A stretch of 64,000 bases of DNA from an uncultured Actinomycetes bacterium (GCA_963825635.1 CAWGTU010000001.1:1086259-1150258); one strand, 5' to 3'; numbered from the stretch's first letter, positions 18,510 through 28,447 are shown. Notes: generated from the sequence alone by a model not told the origin. Numbers and translations: made by a program.

Positions 18510-19637
18510 GCGCGCGGCGCCGCATCGTGGTGCTGTTCGGGGGTCGGTCCGCCGAGCACGAGATCAGCTGCATCTCCGCCCGCTCGGTGATGGACGCCCT
18601 CGACCCGGCACGGTTCGACGTGGTGCCGGTGGGCATCACGAAGCAGGGAACGTGGCACCTGATGTCGGGGCCGCCGGCGCTGCCGTCGGAGACGGGGCGC
18701 ATGCCCGAGGTGACATCGGGAGCCGGCGCGGGCGATGGGGTCTCGTTCGGGGGGGAGGGCGCGGGCCGCGAGCTCGTCGCCGCCGACGGCACCCGTGCCC
18801 CGATCGACGTGGTGCTGCCCGTCCTGCACGGTCCGATGGGCGAGGACGGCGCGGTGCAGGGCATGTTCGAGCTCGCCGACGTGCCGTACGTCGGGGCCGG
18901 CGTGCTCGGCTCGGCGATCGGTATGGACAAGGCGATCCAGAAGGTGCTGTTCACGGCCGCCGGGTTGCCGGTAGGCCCGTGGGACGTGGTGCGTGAGCCC
19001 GAGTGGCAGGAGGATCCGGAAGGGGTCGCGGCCCGGATCGCGGCGCTGGGCTTCCCGGTCTTCGTGAAGCCCGCGACGCTCGGCTCGTCGGTGGGCATCA
19101 CGAAGGCCCACGATGCCGGGGAGCTCGACGCACTCGATGACCGAGGCGTTCCGGTTCGCCCGCAAGGTCGTGGTCGAGCAAGGCTTCGAGGGCGTGCGCG
19201 AGATCGAGTGCGCGGTCCTCGGCAACGACGACCCTGTGGCATCGGTCTGCGGCGAGATCGTGCCGACGGGTCACGAGTTCTACGACTACGCCTCGAAGTA
19301 CCTCGACGCCCAGGGCGCCCGTCTCGACGTCCCGGCCGACGTCGATCCCGCGGTGCAGGCGCGCGTGCAACGCATGGCGGTGACCGCGTTCCGGGCGGTC
19401 GAGTGCTGGGGCATGGCGAGGGTCGACTTCTTCCTGCGCGGCGACGAGCTGTTCGTCAACGAGATCAACACGATCCCCGGGTTCACCGAGATCAGCATGT
19501 ACCCGAAGCTCTGGGGCGCGAGCGGGCTCGGCTACGGCGACCTGATCGAGCGGTTGATCGACCTCGCGGTCGAGCGCCACGATGCCGAGCGTGAGAAGCG
19601 GACGACGGCGCCCGAGCTCGAGGCGCCGCCCGGTTGA
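18506..19637 (+). CDS. ddl: D-alanine--D-alanine ligase with an apparent +1 frameshift at ~19131-19136
   Basis: LFGGRSAEHEIS, LHGPMGEDG, VKPATLGSSVG in one frame; REIECAVLG, FYDYASKY, ARVDFF, NEINTIPG in the next. Confidence 0.92.
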
Positions 19638-19655
19638 GCTGAACGATCCGGTGTC

Positions 19656-19889
19656 CTAGAGGTGCACGACGGGGCAGGTCAGGGTGCGTGTGATGCCCTC
19701 GACCGCCTGGATGCGGGCCACGACCAGCTTCCCCAGCTCGTCCACGGTCTTCGCCTCGGCGCGGACGATCACGTCGTAGGGGCCGGTGACGTCCTCGGCC
19801 TCGGCGACGCCGGCGATCGCACGCACGGCATCGGCGACCGCCGCGGCCTTGCCCACCTCGGTCTGGATCAGGATGTACGCGTGAACCAC
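19656..19889 (-). CDS. Lrp/AsnC ligand-binding-domain protein
   Basis: VHAYILIQTEVGKA...VTGPYDVI...GITRTLTCPVVHL. Confidence 0.9.
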   Translation of the reverse strand: MVHAYILIQTEVGKAAAVADAVRAIAGVAEAEDVTGPYDVIVRAEAKTVDELGKLVVARIQAVEGITRTLTCPVVHL

Positions 19890-19963
19890 GGTGCCCCCTC
19901 CGCTCGTTGGCAGGCTGATGCTAGCCGTGGACGCTCGCCCGGCGCAACGCGCATCCTTGCGGC

Positions 19964-20281
19964 GTGCGAACGATCGAGATCGTGGCCGCGCTCGTCTTCG
20001 CGGCGCTCGGCGTGCGCTCCTTGGTGCACTGGGTCCGCACCCCATACGAGAGCTCGAGGGCGTCGGACCTCGTCCTCTATGCACTCTTCGTGACGGGACG
20101 CGTCGGCATGTGGTTCGTGCTGGCGGCGGCGTTCGCGCTTTATGCGCTCACGCACACGCGGGGGCGCGCGTTCGTCGACGACGCCCGCGAGTACCAGTGG
20201 CTGTACCTGGTGTTCCTCGCGCTCGGAGCGGTGCAGTTCGTGGCCGCGTACTTCCTCGGGCAGCGCGCGAAGGGCCGCTGA
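19964..20281 (+). CDS. Hypothetical 3-TM membrane protein
   Basis: Three hydrophobic segments; fills the gap between Lrp gene and ATPase. Confidence 0.65.
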   Translation: MRTIEIVAALVFAALGVRSLVHWVRTPYESSRASDLVLYALFVTGRVGMWFVLAAAFALYALTHTRGRAFVDDAREYQWLYLVFLALGAVQFVAAYFLGQRAKGR

Positions 20282-20292
20282 AGCGGCCCGCC

Positions 20293-22362
20293 TCACTCCC
20301 CGGCGGGGGCGAGGGTGTCGGGGCGCAGGTCGACCCGGCGCAGGAGCTGGGCGTTCAACGCCACCACGATCGTGGACAGGCTCATCAGCGCGGCGGCGAG
20401 GGCCGGCGGCAGCACGATGCCTGCCCACGCGAACGCCCCTGCCGCGAGCGGGATCGCCACCACGTTGTAGCCGGTCGCCCACGCCAGGTTCTGGAGCATC
20501 TTCCGGTAGCTGGCCGCCGAGAGTCTCCGAACGGAGAGCACCCCGCGGGGGTCGTCGCTCGCCAGCACGACGCCCGCCGACTCGATCGCGACGTCGGTGC
20601 CGGCGCCGATCGCGATGCCGACGTCGGCCCGGGCGAGCGCCGGGGCGTCGTTCACGCCGTCGCCGACCATCGCGACCCGCAGCCCGCGATCCTGCAGCTC
20701 GGCCACCTTGGCGTCCTTCTGCTCGGGCAGCACCTCGGCCATCACCTCGTCCACGCCGAGCTCCGCCGCGACGGCCTCGGCCACCTGGCGGGCATCGCCG
20801 GTGATCATCACCACGCGCACGTCCTCGGCGTGGAGCGCCTCGACCGCGGCACGTGACGGCGGGCGCACGGCGTCCTCCAGCGCGACCGCCCCGACCACGC
20901 GCCCGTCGTCGATAACGGCGAGCACCGTGGCGCCCCGATCGCTCCACGACGCGACCCTAGGTTCGAGCGCCGGCGGCAGCTCGAGGCCTCGCTCGCCGAG
21001 CAGGGCCGGCCCGCCGACCGCCACGGTCCGTCCGTCGACCTCCGCCTCGACCCCGCGCCCGGCGATCGATCGGAAGCCCGACGCCTCGGCCACCTCGCCC
21101 AGCGTCCGGCCGGCGGCGACGATCGTGCGGGCGAGCGGATGCTCGCTCTCGGTCTCCACCGCGGCGGCGAGGCGCAGCACGGCGTCGTCGTCACCCTCGG
21201 TCGAGGCCACATCGTGCACGGCCGGTCGGCCCTCCGTGAGGGTGCCGGTCTTGTCGAACAGCACGGCGTCGACGGTGCGCATGCGCTCCAGCGCGAGGCG
21301 ATCCTTGACCAGGATGCCGGCGCGCGCGGACATCGCCGTCGACAGGGCGATCACGAGGGGGATCGCGAGCCCGAGCGCGTGGGGGCACGCGATCACGAGC
21401 ACGGTGACGGTGCTCTCGAGCGCCTGGTCGGGATCGCCGACGGCCATCCATGCGATGAACGTGACGATGCCCGCGCCGAGCGCGGCGTAGAAGAGCACGG
21501 CGGCGGCGCGGTCGGCGAGCGCCTGAGCTCGTGATCGCGAGGCCTGCGCGTCGGCGACCAATCGGCGGATGCCGGCGAGCGCCGTGTCCTCGCCGACCGC
21601 ATCGATCCGCACGCGCACCGAGGAGTCCGTGGCGACCGTGCCGGCGACGACACGGTCGCCGACATCGCGCGAGACGGCGCGCGACTCGCCCGTGATCATC
21701 GACTCGTCGAACGCCGCGGCACCGGTCTCGATCGACCCGTCTGCCGGGACCCGGCCACCGGGGCGAACGAGCGCGAGGTCACCCGGCTGAAGGTCGGAGA
21801 TGGCCACCTGCTCGGTGCCCGCGCCCTCGACGCGTTCGGCCGTGTCGGGCAGGAGCGCGGCGAGAGCGTCGAGGGCGCTCGACGCCTGGCCGATCGCCTT
21901 CATCTCCTGCCAGTGGCCGAGCAGCATCACGTCGATGAGCAGCACGAGCTCCCACCAGAAGTCCAGGTCGAGCACGTCGGCCTCGCTCGCGAGGCTCGAG
22001 ACGAAGGCCACGGCGATCGCGAGGGAGATCAGCAGCATCATGCCCGGCGTCCGGTCGCGGAGCTCGTTCCAGCCCCCCTTCAGGAAGGGGGAGCCGCCGT
22101 AGACGAAGACGGCCGTGCCGAACACGAGCGGGATCCAGCGGTCGGCGGGCACCTCGGGCGCCGAGTAGCCGAGCAGGTCCTGCAGCATCTCCGACCAGAC
22201 CAAGACGGGCACGCTCAGCAGCAGGCTGAGCCAGAAGCGGTCCCGGAACATCGCCACGCTGTGCCCGGCGTGTGCGTCGTGGGCATGCTCGTCGTGGGTC
22301 TGGTGGCTCGAGTGTCCGGAGGCCTCGTCGGTCGTGGCGTGTTCGTCGTGGTGGACCTGCAC
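20293..22362 (-). CDS. copB: Copper-translocating P1B-type ATPase (CPH, His-rich N-terminus)
   Basis: His-rich N-terminus, ITGES, IACPHALGLA, DKTGT, EHP, GDGVNDAP, YNVVAIP, MSLST. Confidence 0.9.
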   Translation of the reverse strand: MQVHHDEHATTDEASGHSSHQTHDEHAHDAHAGHSVAMFRDRFWLSLLLSVPVLVWSEMLQDLLGYSAPEVPADRWIPLVFGTAVFVYGGSPFLKGGWNELRDRTPGMMLLISLAIAVAFVSSLASEADVLDLDFWWELVLLIDVMLLGHWQEMKAIGQASSALDALAALLPDTAERVEGAGTEQVAISDLQPGDLALVRPGGRVPADGSIETGAAAFDESMITGESRAVSRDVGDRVVAGTVATDSSVRVRIDAVGEDTALAGIRRLVADAQASRSRAQALADRAAAVLFYAALGAGIVTFIAWMAVGDPDQALESTVTVLVIACPHALGLAIPLVIALSTAMSARAGILVKDRLALERMRTVDAVLFDKTGTLTEGRPAVHDVASTEGDDDAVLRLAAAVETESEHPLARTIVAAGRTLGEVAEASGFRSIAGRGVEAEVDGRTVAVGGPALLGERGLELPPALEPRVASWSDRGATVLAVIDDGRVVGAVALEDAVRPPSRAAVEALHAEDVRVVMITGDARQVAEAVAAELGVDEVMAEVLPEQKDAKVAELQDRGLRVAMVGDGVNDAPALARADVGIAIGAGTDVAIESAGVVLASDDPRGVLSVRRLSAASYRKMLQNLAWATGYNVVAIPLAAGAFAWAGIVLPPALAAALMSLSTIVVALNAQLLRRVDLRPDTLAPAGE

Positions 22363-22400
22363 CGTTCCCCCTCCTGGTCAGCGTTGGGTCCTTCGTGACG

Positions 22401-22431
22401 AGGATATATACCCGGGGGGGGTATCTGTCAA
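22401..22431 (-). promoter_or_regulatory. Promoter with CsoR/RicR-type operator ATACCC-N5-GGGTAT (22408-22424)
   Basis: TTGACA (22431-22426, minus strand) with the palindrome in the spacer, directly upstream of the copper ATPase. Confidence 0.8.
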
Positions 22432-22459
22432 ACGCTCCGATCCGCGATGCTGCGATACG

Positions 22460-22490
22460 CGGAAGCCCGGGCGAGTGTCCCGGGCTTCCG
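22460..22490 (-). terminator. Hairpin downstream of pckA
   Basis: CGGAAGCCCGGG-N7-CCCGGGCTTCCG 12-bp stem. Confidence 0.6.
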
Positions 22491-22510
22491 AAGTGCTGCG
22501 GGTGATGGGC

Positions 22511-24010
22511 TCAGCCCACGGCCTTGATGATCTCCTCGCTGAGCTGCGTGAACTGCTGCAGGTGGGCGACCCGATCGCTCTTCAGGCTCTCCACGATGCG
22601 GGCGTACTCGTCGCCCCGACCCTGCCGCTCGTAGAGCGTGCGCGGCTGGAGCTTCTCGTGATCATCGAGACCGGGCACGGAGGTCGCCACCTGGTATCCG
22701 AAGTCCGGGTCCTCCTCGAACGAGATCGTCTGCTCCGCGATGCCCTTCACGCACGCCGACGTGTCGGGGATGCGCAGCTTCTTCGAGCGGTCGTCGGCGT
22801 CCTTGCCGCCGACACGTCCGGTGTTCAGCAGGTACGTCTCGATCGGGTGGGTCGCGAGCAGCTCCAGCAGTCGGTTGCCCTGCAGTCCGTGGGGGAGCGG
22901 GAAGAACGGATTCGTGCCGGGCACCCGCAGGAATTTGCCCTCCTCGGAGGCGCCGCCGGCCGCCGTGCCGGTGGTCTCGCCGAGCATGAAGTACGCGGCC
23001 GCCCGTTCCTGGTCCAGCTTCGACACCGCCGGGATGATGTTCTCGTTGCGGTTGAGGATCAGCAGGTAGTCGACCGGGCCGACCTCGCGGGCGTCGCCGT
23101 AGGCCATCAGATCCTTCATCTCGAAGACCGCGCGACCGTTCTTCGTGTAGTGCTCGTTGAAGAAGTCGACCGTGCCACCGTCGTCCATGAACACGTTCTC
23201 GAGGTAGGCGGTGGGCTTCACCACGGCGCCATGGATCGACGGCTCGAAGTCGGGGTCGAGTCCGAACGTCTTCGCGAAACAGCCGTTCTCGGTGCCGTAC
23301 GCGTGCCCGCCGGGCATCAGACCGACGAAGTCGTCCTGGATCGGCAGCGAGTCGTTCTGCGTGGTGAACGTCGTGGTCGTCTTCCCGGTGCCGGACAGAC
23401 CGATGATCATGAAGACCTTGTCCCCGTGCTGGGTGGGGATCACCTTGAGCCCGGCGTGCAGCGCGAGGCCGCCCTTGTTGTAGACGATGTCGTTCCACAT
23501 GCGCAGGCCGCCCTTCTTGGACTCGCCGAAGTAGTCCGAGTTCAGGACCCGCGTCACGTAGTTGTCGAGGTCGACCGCGATCAGACGGTCGTCGGGGTAG
23601 CCGGGCGCCTCGAGGCCGGGTGTGTAGACCACCGTGACCTCGGGCTCGGCTCCATCGCTCCTGTCGAAGTAGAGCTTCTGCTGCATGCCGGCGATGTTCG
23701 CGTAGCGCTTCTCCATCAACAGACGCGCGGCCGTGCGCATCTGCGTGTCGTTGCCGATGTAGCCGTCGATCTGGATCATGTCGTGCTCGGCGACATAAGC
23801 GTCTTGGATCGCCGCGATCGCGTCGTAGTCCTCGCGCGACATCGTCTTCCCGCTCGATTCGCGCTCGACCACGTAGGTGCTGGCGGCGCTGCGTGAGAGC
23901 ACCTGCGTCTGGGTGTTCGTGTTGCCGTACTCGGAGATGCGGGTCTCGGGCATCTCCTCGGCGAACGTCCTGAGTTCCTCAGGGTTGGGGTTGACGAGAA
24001 CCTCTGCCAC
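22511..24010 (-). CDS. pckA: Phosphoenolpyruvate carboxykinase (ATP)
   Basis: YFGESKKG, LHAG, GLSGTGKTT, QDD, ENGCFAKT, NGRA, LLNTG; SD GAGGAGG before GTG 24010. Confidence 0.87.
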   Translation of the reverse strand: MAEVLVNPNPEELRTFAEEMPETRISEYGNTNTQTQVLSRSAASTYVVERESSGKTMSREDYDAIAAIQDAYVAEHDMIQIDGYIGNDTQMRTAARLLMEKRYANIAGMQQKLYFDRSDGAEPEVTVVYTPGLEAPGYPDDRLIAVDLDNYVTRVLNSDYFGESKKGGLRMWNDIVYNKGGLALHAGLKVIPTQHGDKVFMIIGLSGTGKTTTTFTTQNDSLPIQDDFVGLMPGGHAYGTENGCFAKTFGLDPDFEPSIHGAVVKPTAYLENVFMDDGGTVDFFNEHYTKNGRAVFEMKDLMAYGDAREVGPVDYLLILNRNENIIPAVSKLDQERAAAYFMLGETTGTAAGGASEEGKFLRVPGTNPFFPLPHGLQGNRLLELLATHPIETYLLNTGRVGGKDADDRSKKLRIPDTSACVKGIAEQTISFEEDPDFGYQVATSVPGLDDHEKLQPRTLYERQGRGDEYARIVESLKSDRVAHLQQFTQLSEEIIKAVG

Positions 24011-24205
24011 GGTGGGCCTCCTCGCGAAGGGGGTCGGGTGCTGCGACGCCGCGTGTGGACACATCGGCGCGGTAGCGCCAGTCTATCGAACCGGCTGGAG
24101 GCCCTCCGCCGCTCCACAGCGGCGACCTGACCCGGTCGCGGTGTACGGAACGGACAAGCGGGGCGATCGCGCAGGCGATAGGGACGAGCGCGGACGGAAA
24201 CCCGT

Positions 24206-24406
24206 CTACGCGGAGCGAGGGATCCGCGTGACCTTGCCCGCCTTGATGCACGATGTGCACGCGTTGACACGCCGCGGTGAGCCGTCGACGAGGGCGCGTA
24301 CGCGCTGGATGTTCGGGTCCCAGCGACGGTTGTTCCGCTTGTGCGAGAACGTCACGGCCTTGCCGAAGAAGGGCTTCTTGCCACAGATGTCACAGACGGC
24401 TGCCAT
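24206..24406 (-). CDS. rpmB: 50S ribosomal protein L28 (Zn-ribbon form)
   Basis: CDICGKKPFFG...SHKRNNRRWDPNIQ...CTSCIKAG. Confidence 0.96.
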   Translation of the reverse strand: MAAVCDICGKKPFFGKAVTFSHKRNNRRWDPNIQRVRALVDGSPRRVNACTSCIKAGKVTRIPRSA

Positions 24407-24435
24407 AGCTCGACGAGGCTACCAGACGTCCGAGA

Positions 24436-24939
24436 TCAGCCGGCGATCGAGGCGAGGTGCTCGTCGAGGGCGCTCTGAGCGAGCTCGCCGTCGACCTTGG
24501 CGACCTCGTTGCCCTCGGCGTCGAAGAAGACCGTGACGGGGAGGCCGAAGCTGCCCAGCTCGGTACGGATCGCGCCGTCCGGGTCGAACAGCGAGGGGAA
24601 CGGCACCGAGTACTCGGCGACGAACGCCTCGGCACCTTCCCTCGAATCCAGCGTGTCGACCCCGAGGAACTGCACGTCGGGATGGTCTGCGGCCGCCCGG
24701 GCGAGCATCGGCATCTCGCGCTTGCAGGGCTCGCACCACGAGGCCCACAGGTTCACCACCACCGGGGTTCCATGCAGGTCGCCGAGCAACCCGCGGAACG
24801 CATCGGCGTCGGCGGCGGGCAGCGCGTCGGCGGTCGAGGGGAGCGCCATCGAGGATGCCGGATCGTCGGAGGACGACCCGAGGCACGCAGTGAGCGTCAG
24901 CGTCGCGGCGAGTGCCGCCAGGACGATCGAACGGGGCAT
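24436..24939 (-). CDS. TlpA/ResA-like thiol-disulfide oxidoreductase lipoprotein
   Basis: Lipobox LTAC; VVNLWASWCEPC; GLPVTVF. Confidence 0.88.
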   Translation of the reverse strand: MPRSIVLAALAATLTLTACLGSSSDDPASSMALPSTADALPAADADAFRGLLGDLHGTPVVVNLWASWCEPCKREMPMLARAAADHPDVQFLGVDTLDSREGAEAFVAEYSVPFPSLFDPDGAIRTELGSFGLPVTVFFDAEGNEVAKVDGELAQSALDEHLASIAG

Positions 24940-25036
24940 GGGTCCATCGTAGGTGTCGTGCCCCCGACCCGATGTGATCTCCGCTGCGATGGTCCCGGAC
25001 ATCGAAGGGTCCAGGGCGCGTGGTACAACCGGCTGC

Positions 25037-27289
25037 GTGAGCGCGCACGCAGCCGGCCCTCCGCTGACACCCGCGTCGTCGATCCTCGAGATCGACGCGA
25101 CGATCGCGAAGCGTCGGGCAGGGTTCCGTACGAAGGGCGACCCGGCGCACGAGGTGCTCGCGAGCGCCTTCGAGATCCACGCGGTCGGCGACCTGCTGCA
25201 CCACTATCCGCGCCGCTACATCGATCGATCGCGCGTGGAGACGATCGGGCACCTGAAGATCGGCGCGTACGTCACGGTGATCGCGCGCGTGCGCAAGGTC
25301 ACGAAACGGCTCACCCGCAGGCGTCAGTCGATGGTGACCGTGACGCTCGGGGACGGCACGGGCTACCTGGACCTCACGTTCTTCAACCAGCCCTGGGCGG
25401 CGAACCTCTACCGCGAGGGCGCGGAGGTGGCGGTCTCGGGGGTGGCGACGCTCTACAGAGGACGCCTGCAGCTCTCCAACCAGGAGGTCGAGTTCCTCCG
25501 GGGGGACGACGCCGACCTCGTGCACACGGCCCGCATCACGCCCGTACACCCGGCCACCGAAGGCGTGACGACGCGCACGATCCGAGAGCTGCTGCACCGC
25601 GCGCTCGAGCGTCTCGGGCCGATCGACGACCCGTTGCCGGCCGAGATCGTCGATGCCGAGGGCCTCGGCTCATACGATCGGGCGCTCCGCGACATCCACT
25701 TCCCGGCCGACGAATCGTCGTTGGAGGCCGCCCGTCAGCGGTTGAAGTTCGACGAGCTGTTCACGCTGGAGCTGGGGGTGGCCTTCCGCAAGCATCGCGT
25801 GCAAGCCGAGAGCGCTGGGGTGTCCCACGACCTCGATGGTGCGCTCGCCTCGCGACTGCTCGAGACGATCCCGTTCGAGCCGACCGGCGCCCAGCGACGG
25901 GCGATGGGCGAGATCGGCACGGCGATGGCGAGGCCGCAGCCGATGAACGTCTTGCTGCAGGGCGACGTCGGCGCCGGCAAGACACTCGTCGCCCTGCACG
26001 CCGCGCTCGTGGCGATCGACTCCGGCCACCAGGCGGCGATCATGGCCCCGACCGAGGTGCTGGCGGGCCAGCACTTCCGATCGGTGAACGATCTGCTCAG
26101 CCGCATGGGAGGGGTGCCGTACCTCGAGTTCGCCTCCACCCGATCCGCCGCAGCCTCCGGCGGGCAGGCCTCACTGCTGAGGCTCGACCCGCTCGACGGA
26201 CCGCCCTCGACCGACGCCGGCGAGCCCGCGGTGACGTACGCGCTCCTCACGGGCGCCGTCACCGCCAAGGATCGTCAGCGCACGGTCGACGCCGTGGCCG
26301 GCGGCAGCGTCGACCTGGTCGTCGGCACCCATGCCCTGGTGCAGGAGAGCGTGACGTTCGCCGATCTCAGCCTCGCCGTGGTCGACGAGCAGCACCGGTT
26401 CGGGCTGCACCAGCGCACCGCCCTGAAGCGGAAGGGGGGCGAGGCGGACGTGCTGATCATGACCGCGACGCCGATCCCGCGGACCCTCGCGTTGACGTAC
26501 TACGGCGATCTCGACGTCGTGGTGCTCGACGAGCTGCCCGAGGGTCGGCAGCCGATCGCCACCCGCGCGGCGCGTACCGCCGAGCACCGAGCGGCCGCGT
26601 ACGCCCTCGTCCGCGAGGAGGTCGGAGCCGATCGCCAGGGGTTCGTCGTGTGCGCCGCGATCGACGAGGGCAACAGGAACCAGGTGAAGGCTGCCGAGGC
26701 CGAAGCCGAACGGCTCGCGACCGAGGTCTTCCCCGATCTGCGCATCGAGCTGCTGCACGGACGCATGCGCCCCAAGGACAAGGAGGCGATCATGGAGCGG
26801 TTCCGTGTCGGGCAGGCGGACCTGTTGATCTCGACGACCGTGATCGAGGTCGGGGTCGACGTTCCGAACGCGACGGTGATGCTGGTCGAGAATGCCGAGC
26901 GGTTCGGCCTCGCCCAGCTCCACCAGCTCCGTGGGCGGATCGGCCGCGGGGAGCACCCGAGCACGTGCGTGCTCTTCGACGAGTCCGACGAGGACAACTT
27001 CGAGGCTCGGGCACGTGTCGACGCCATGGTGCGCACGACCGATGGGTTCGAGCTCGCAGACGAGGACCTTCGGCTGCGCGGCGAGGGCACGCTGTTCGAT
27101 GCGAAGCAGTCGGGCATGCCCGACCTGCGGCTCGCTCGGCTCGCCGAGGACATGCCCCTCGTCGCTCGGGCCCGAGCCCGAGCGTTCGCGGTGATCGACG
27201 AGGACCCTTCGCTCGCGCGCCACCCCGAGCTGTTCGACGAGCTCCGACATCGATTCGAGCGCTCGATCGACTGGCTCTTCCGCTCCTGA
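25037..27289 (+). CDS. recG: ATP-dependent DNA helicase RecG
   Basis: YPRRY, RLKFDELF, QGDVGAGKT, APTEVLA, DEQHRFG, MTATPIPRT, QLHQLRGRIGRG; start approximate. Confidence 0.95.
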   Translation: MSAHAAGPPLTPASSILEIDATIAKRRAGFRTKGDPAHEVLASAFEIHAVGDLLHHYPRRYIDRSRVETIGHLKIGAYVTVIARVRKVTKRLTRRRQSMVTVTLGDGTGYLDLTFFNQPWAANLYREGAEVAVSGVATLYRGRLQLSNQEVEFLRGDDADLVHTARITPVHPATEGVTTRTIRELLHRALERLGPIDDPLPAEIVDAEGLGSYDRALRDIHFPADESSLEAARQRLKFDELFTLELGVAFRKHRVQAESAGVSHDLDGALASRLLETIPFEPTGAQRRAMGEIGTAMARPQPMNVLLQGDVGAGKTLVALHAALVAIDSGHQAAIMAPTEVLAGQHFRSVNDLLSRMGGVPYLEFASTRSAAASGGQASLLRLDPLDGPPSTDAGEPAVTYALLTGAVTAKDRQRTVDAVAGGSVDLVVGTHALVQESVTFADLSLAVVDEQHRFGLHQRTALKRKGGEADVLIMTATPIPRTLALTYYGDLDVVVLDELPEGRQPIATRAARTAEHRAAAYALVREEVGADRQGFVVCAAIDEGNRNQVKAAEAEAERLATEVFPDLRIELLHGRMRPKDKEAIMERFRVGQADLLISTTVIEVGVDVPNATVMLVENAERFGLAQLHQLRGRIGRGEHPSTCVLFDESDEDNFEARARVDAMVRTTDGFELADEDLRLRGEGTLFDAKQSGMPDLRLARLAEDMPLVARARARAFAVIDEDPSLARHPELFDELRHRFERSIDWLFRS

Positions 27290-27328
27290 GCGGGCGGGCG
27301 CTCGAGACCCGCCCGATACGCTGGGCCG

Positions 27329-27895
27329 ATGCGTATCGTCGCCGGCTCTGCCAAGGGAGTCAGGTTGGGGCCGGTGCCCCCGTCCGTGCGGCCCATCTCC
27401 GACCGAGCCCGTGAGGGACTCTTCTCGAGCTTGGGACCCGGGGTCCTCGAGGGGGCTGTGGTCCTCGACCTGTACGCCGGTACGGGGGCCGCGGGCATCG
27501 AGGCGCTCTCCCGCGGCGCGGAGCGCGCCCTGTTCGTGGACCGGGCTCCCGCGGCGGTGAGCGCTATCAAGCGGAACCTGGCTGCCACGAAGCTCGCCTC
27601 CCGGGGGGAGGTGGTGCCCTCGGCGATCCCCCGATTCACCGCGAGGGATGACCTGCCGGGGGCCCCGTACGATCTCGTGATCTGCGACCCCCCGTACGAC
27701 CTGGGAAGTCCGGACGTGGACGATGTCCTGCGGGAACTGGCCGATGGTTGGCTGCGTCCCGAGACCTGGACCGTCGTATTGACCCGGGGTCACAAGAGTT
27801 CCATGCCTGTCATTCCGCTACACTGGGCGGTCGCGAGGCAGCTCCGCTACGGCGACAGCCTCGTGATCCTGTTCCGGCCGGAAGGATCTGCCTGA
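27329..27895 (+). CDS. rsmD: 16S rRNA m2G966 methyltransferase
   Basis: MRIVAGSAKG, DLYAGTG, EALSRGA, DPPY, YGDS. Confidence 0.93.
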   Translation: MRIVAGSAKGVRLGPVPPSVRPISDRAREGLFSSLGPGVLEGAVVLDLYAGTGAAGIEALSRGAERALFVDRAPAAVSAIKRNLAATKLASRGEVVPSAIPRFTARDDLPGAPYDLVICDPPYDLGSPDVDDVLRELADGWLRPETWTVVLTRGHKSSMPVIPLHWAVARQLRYGDSLVILFRPEGSA

Positions 27896-27952
27896 GAGCT
27901 GGCCATAGCGATCGGCCGATCACGACCGGCCAACGACGACCGGGAGGTTCCA

Positions 27953-28447
27953 TTGGGCCTGACCGCCCTGTGTCCGGGGACGTTCGATCCCGTCACCAAC
28001 GGTCACCTCGACATCATCGAGCGTGCGAGCCAGACGTTCGAGACCGTCGTGGTGGCGGTGCTCGAGAACCCCGCCAAACAACCGATGTTCAGCATCGAGG
28101 AACGCGTCGCGATGCTCGAGAAGGCCTGCGCCGGCATGACCGGCGTCGAGGTCGAGGCGTTCAAGGGGCTGTTGGTCGATTTTGCCCGCTCGCGCGGTGA
28201 CGCCGTGATCGTGAAGGGCCTGCGGGCGGTCTCCGACTACGAGTTCGAGATCCAGATGGCACAGATGAACCACCGTCTCGCCCGGGTCGAGACCCTCTTC
28301 ATGCCGACCAACCCCTCGTGGTCGTTCCTGTCGTCATCGCTCGTGAAGGAGGTCGCCCGGTTCGGCGGGGACGTCGAGGGGCTGGTGCCCGACGAGGTCC
28401 GCACGCTGCTGCGGGAGCGCCTCGTGAGCGAGAGGGGTGGTCGCTGA
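27953..28447 (+). CDS. coaD: Pantetheine-phosphate adenylyltransferase
   Basis: PGTFDPVTNGHLD, KGLRAVSDYEFE, SSSLVKE; TTG start with SD GGGAGG. Confidence 0.96.
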   Translation: MGLTALCPGTFDPVTNGHLDIIERASQTFETVVVAVLENPAKQPMFSIEERVAMLEKACAGMTGVEVEAFKGLLVDFARSRGDAVIVKGLRAVSDYEFEIQMAQMNHRLARVETLFMPTNPSWSFLSSSLVKEVARFGGDVEGLVPDEVRTLLRERLVSERGGR

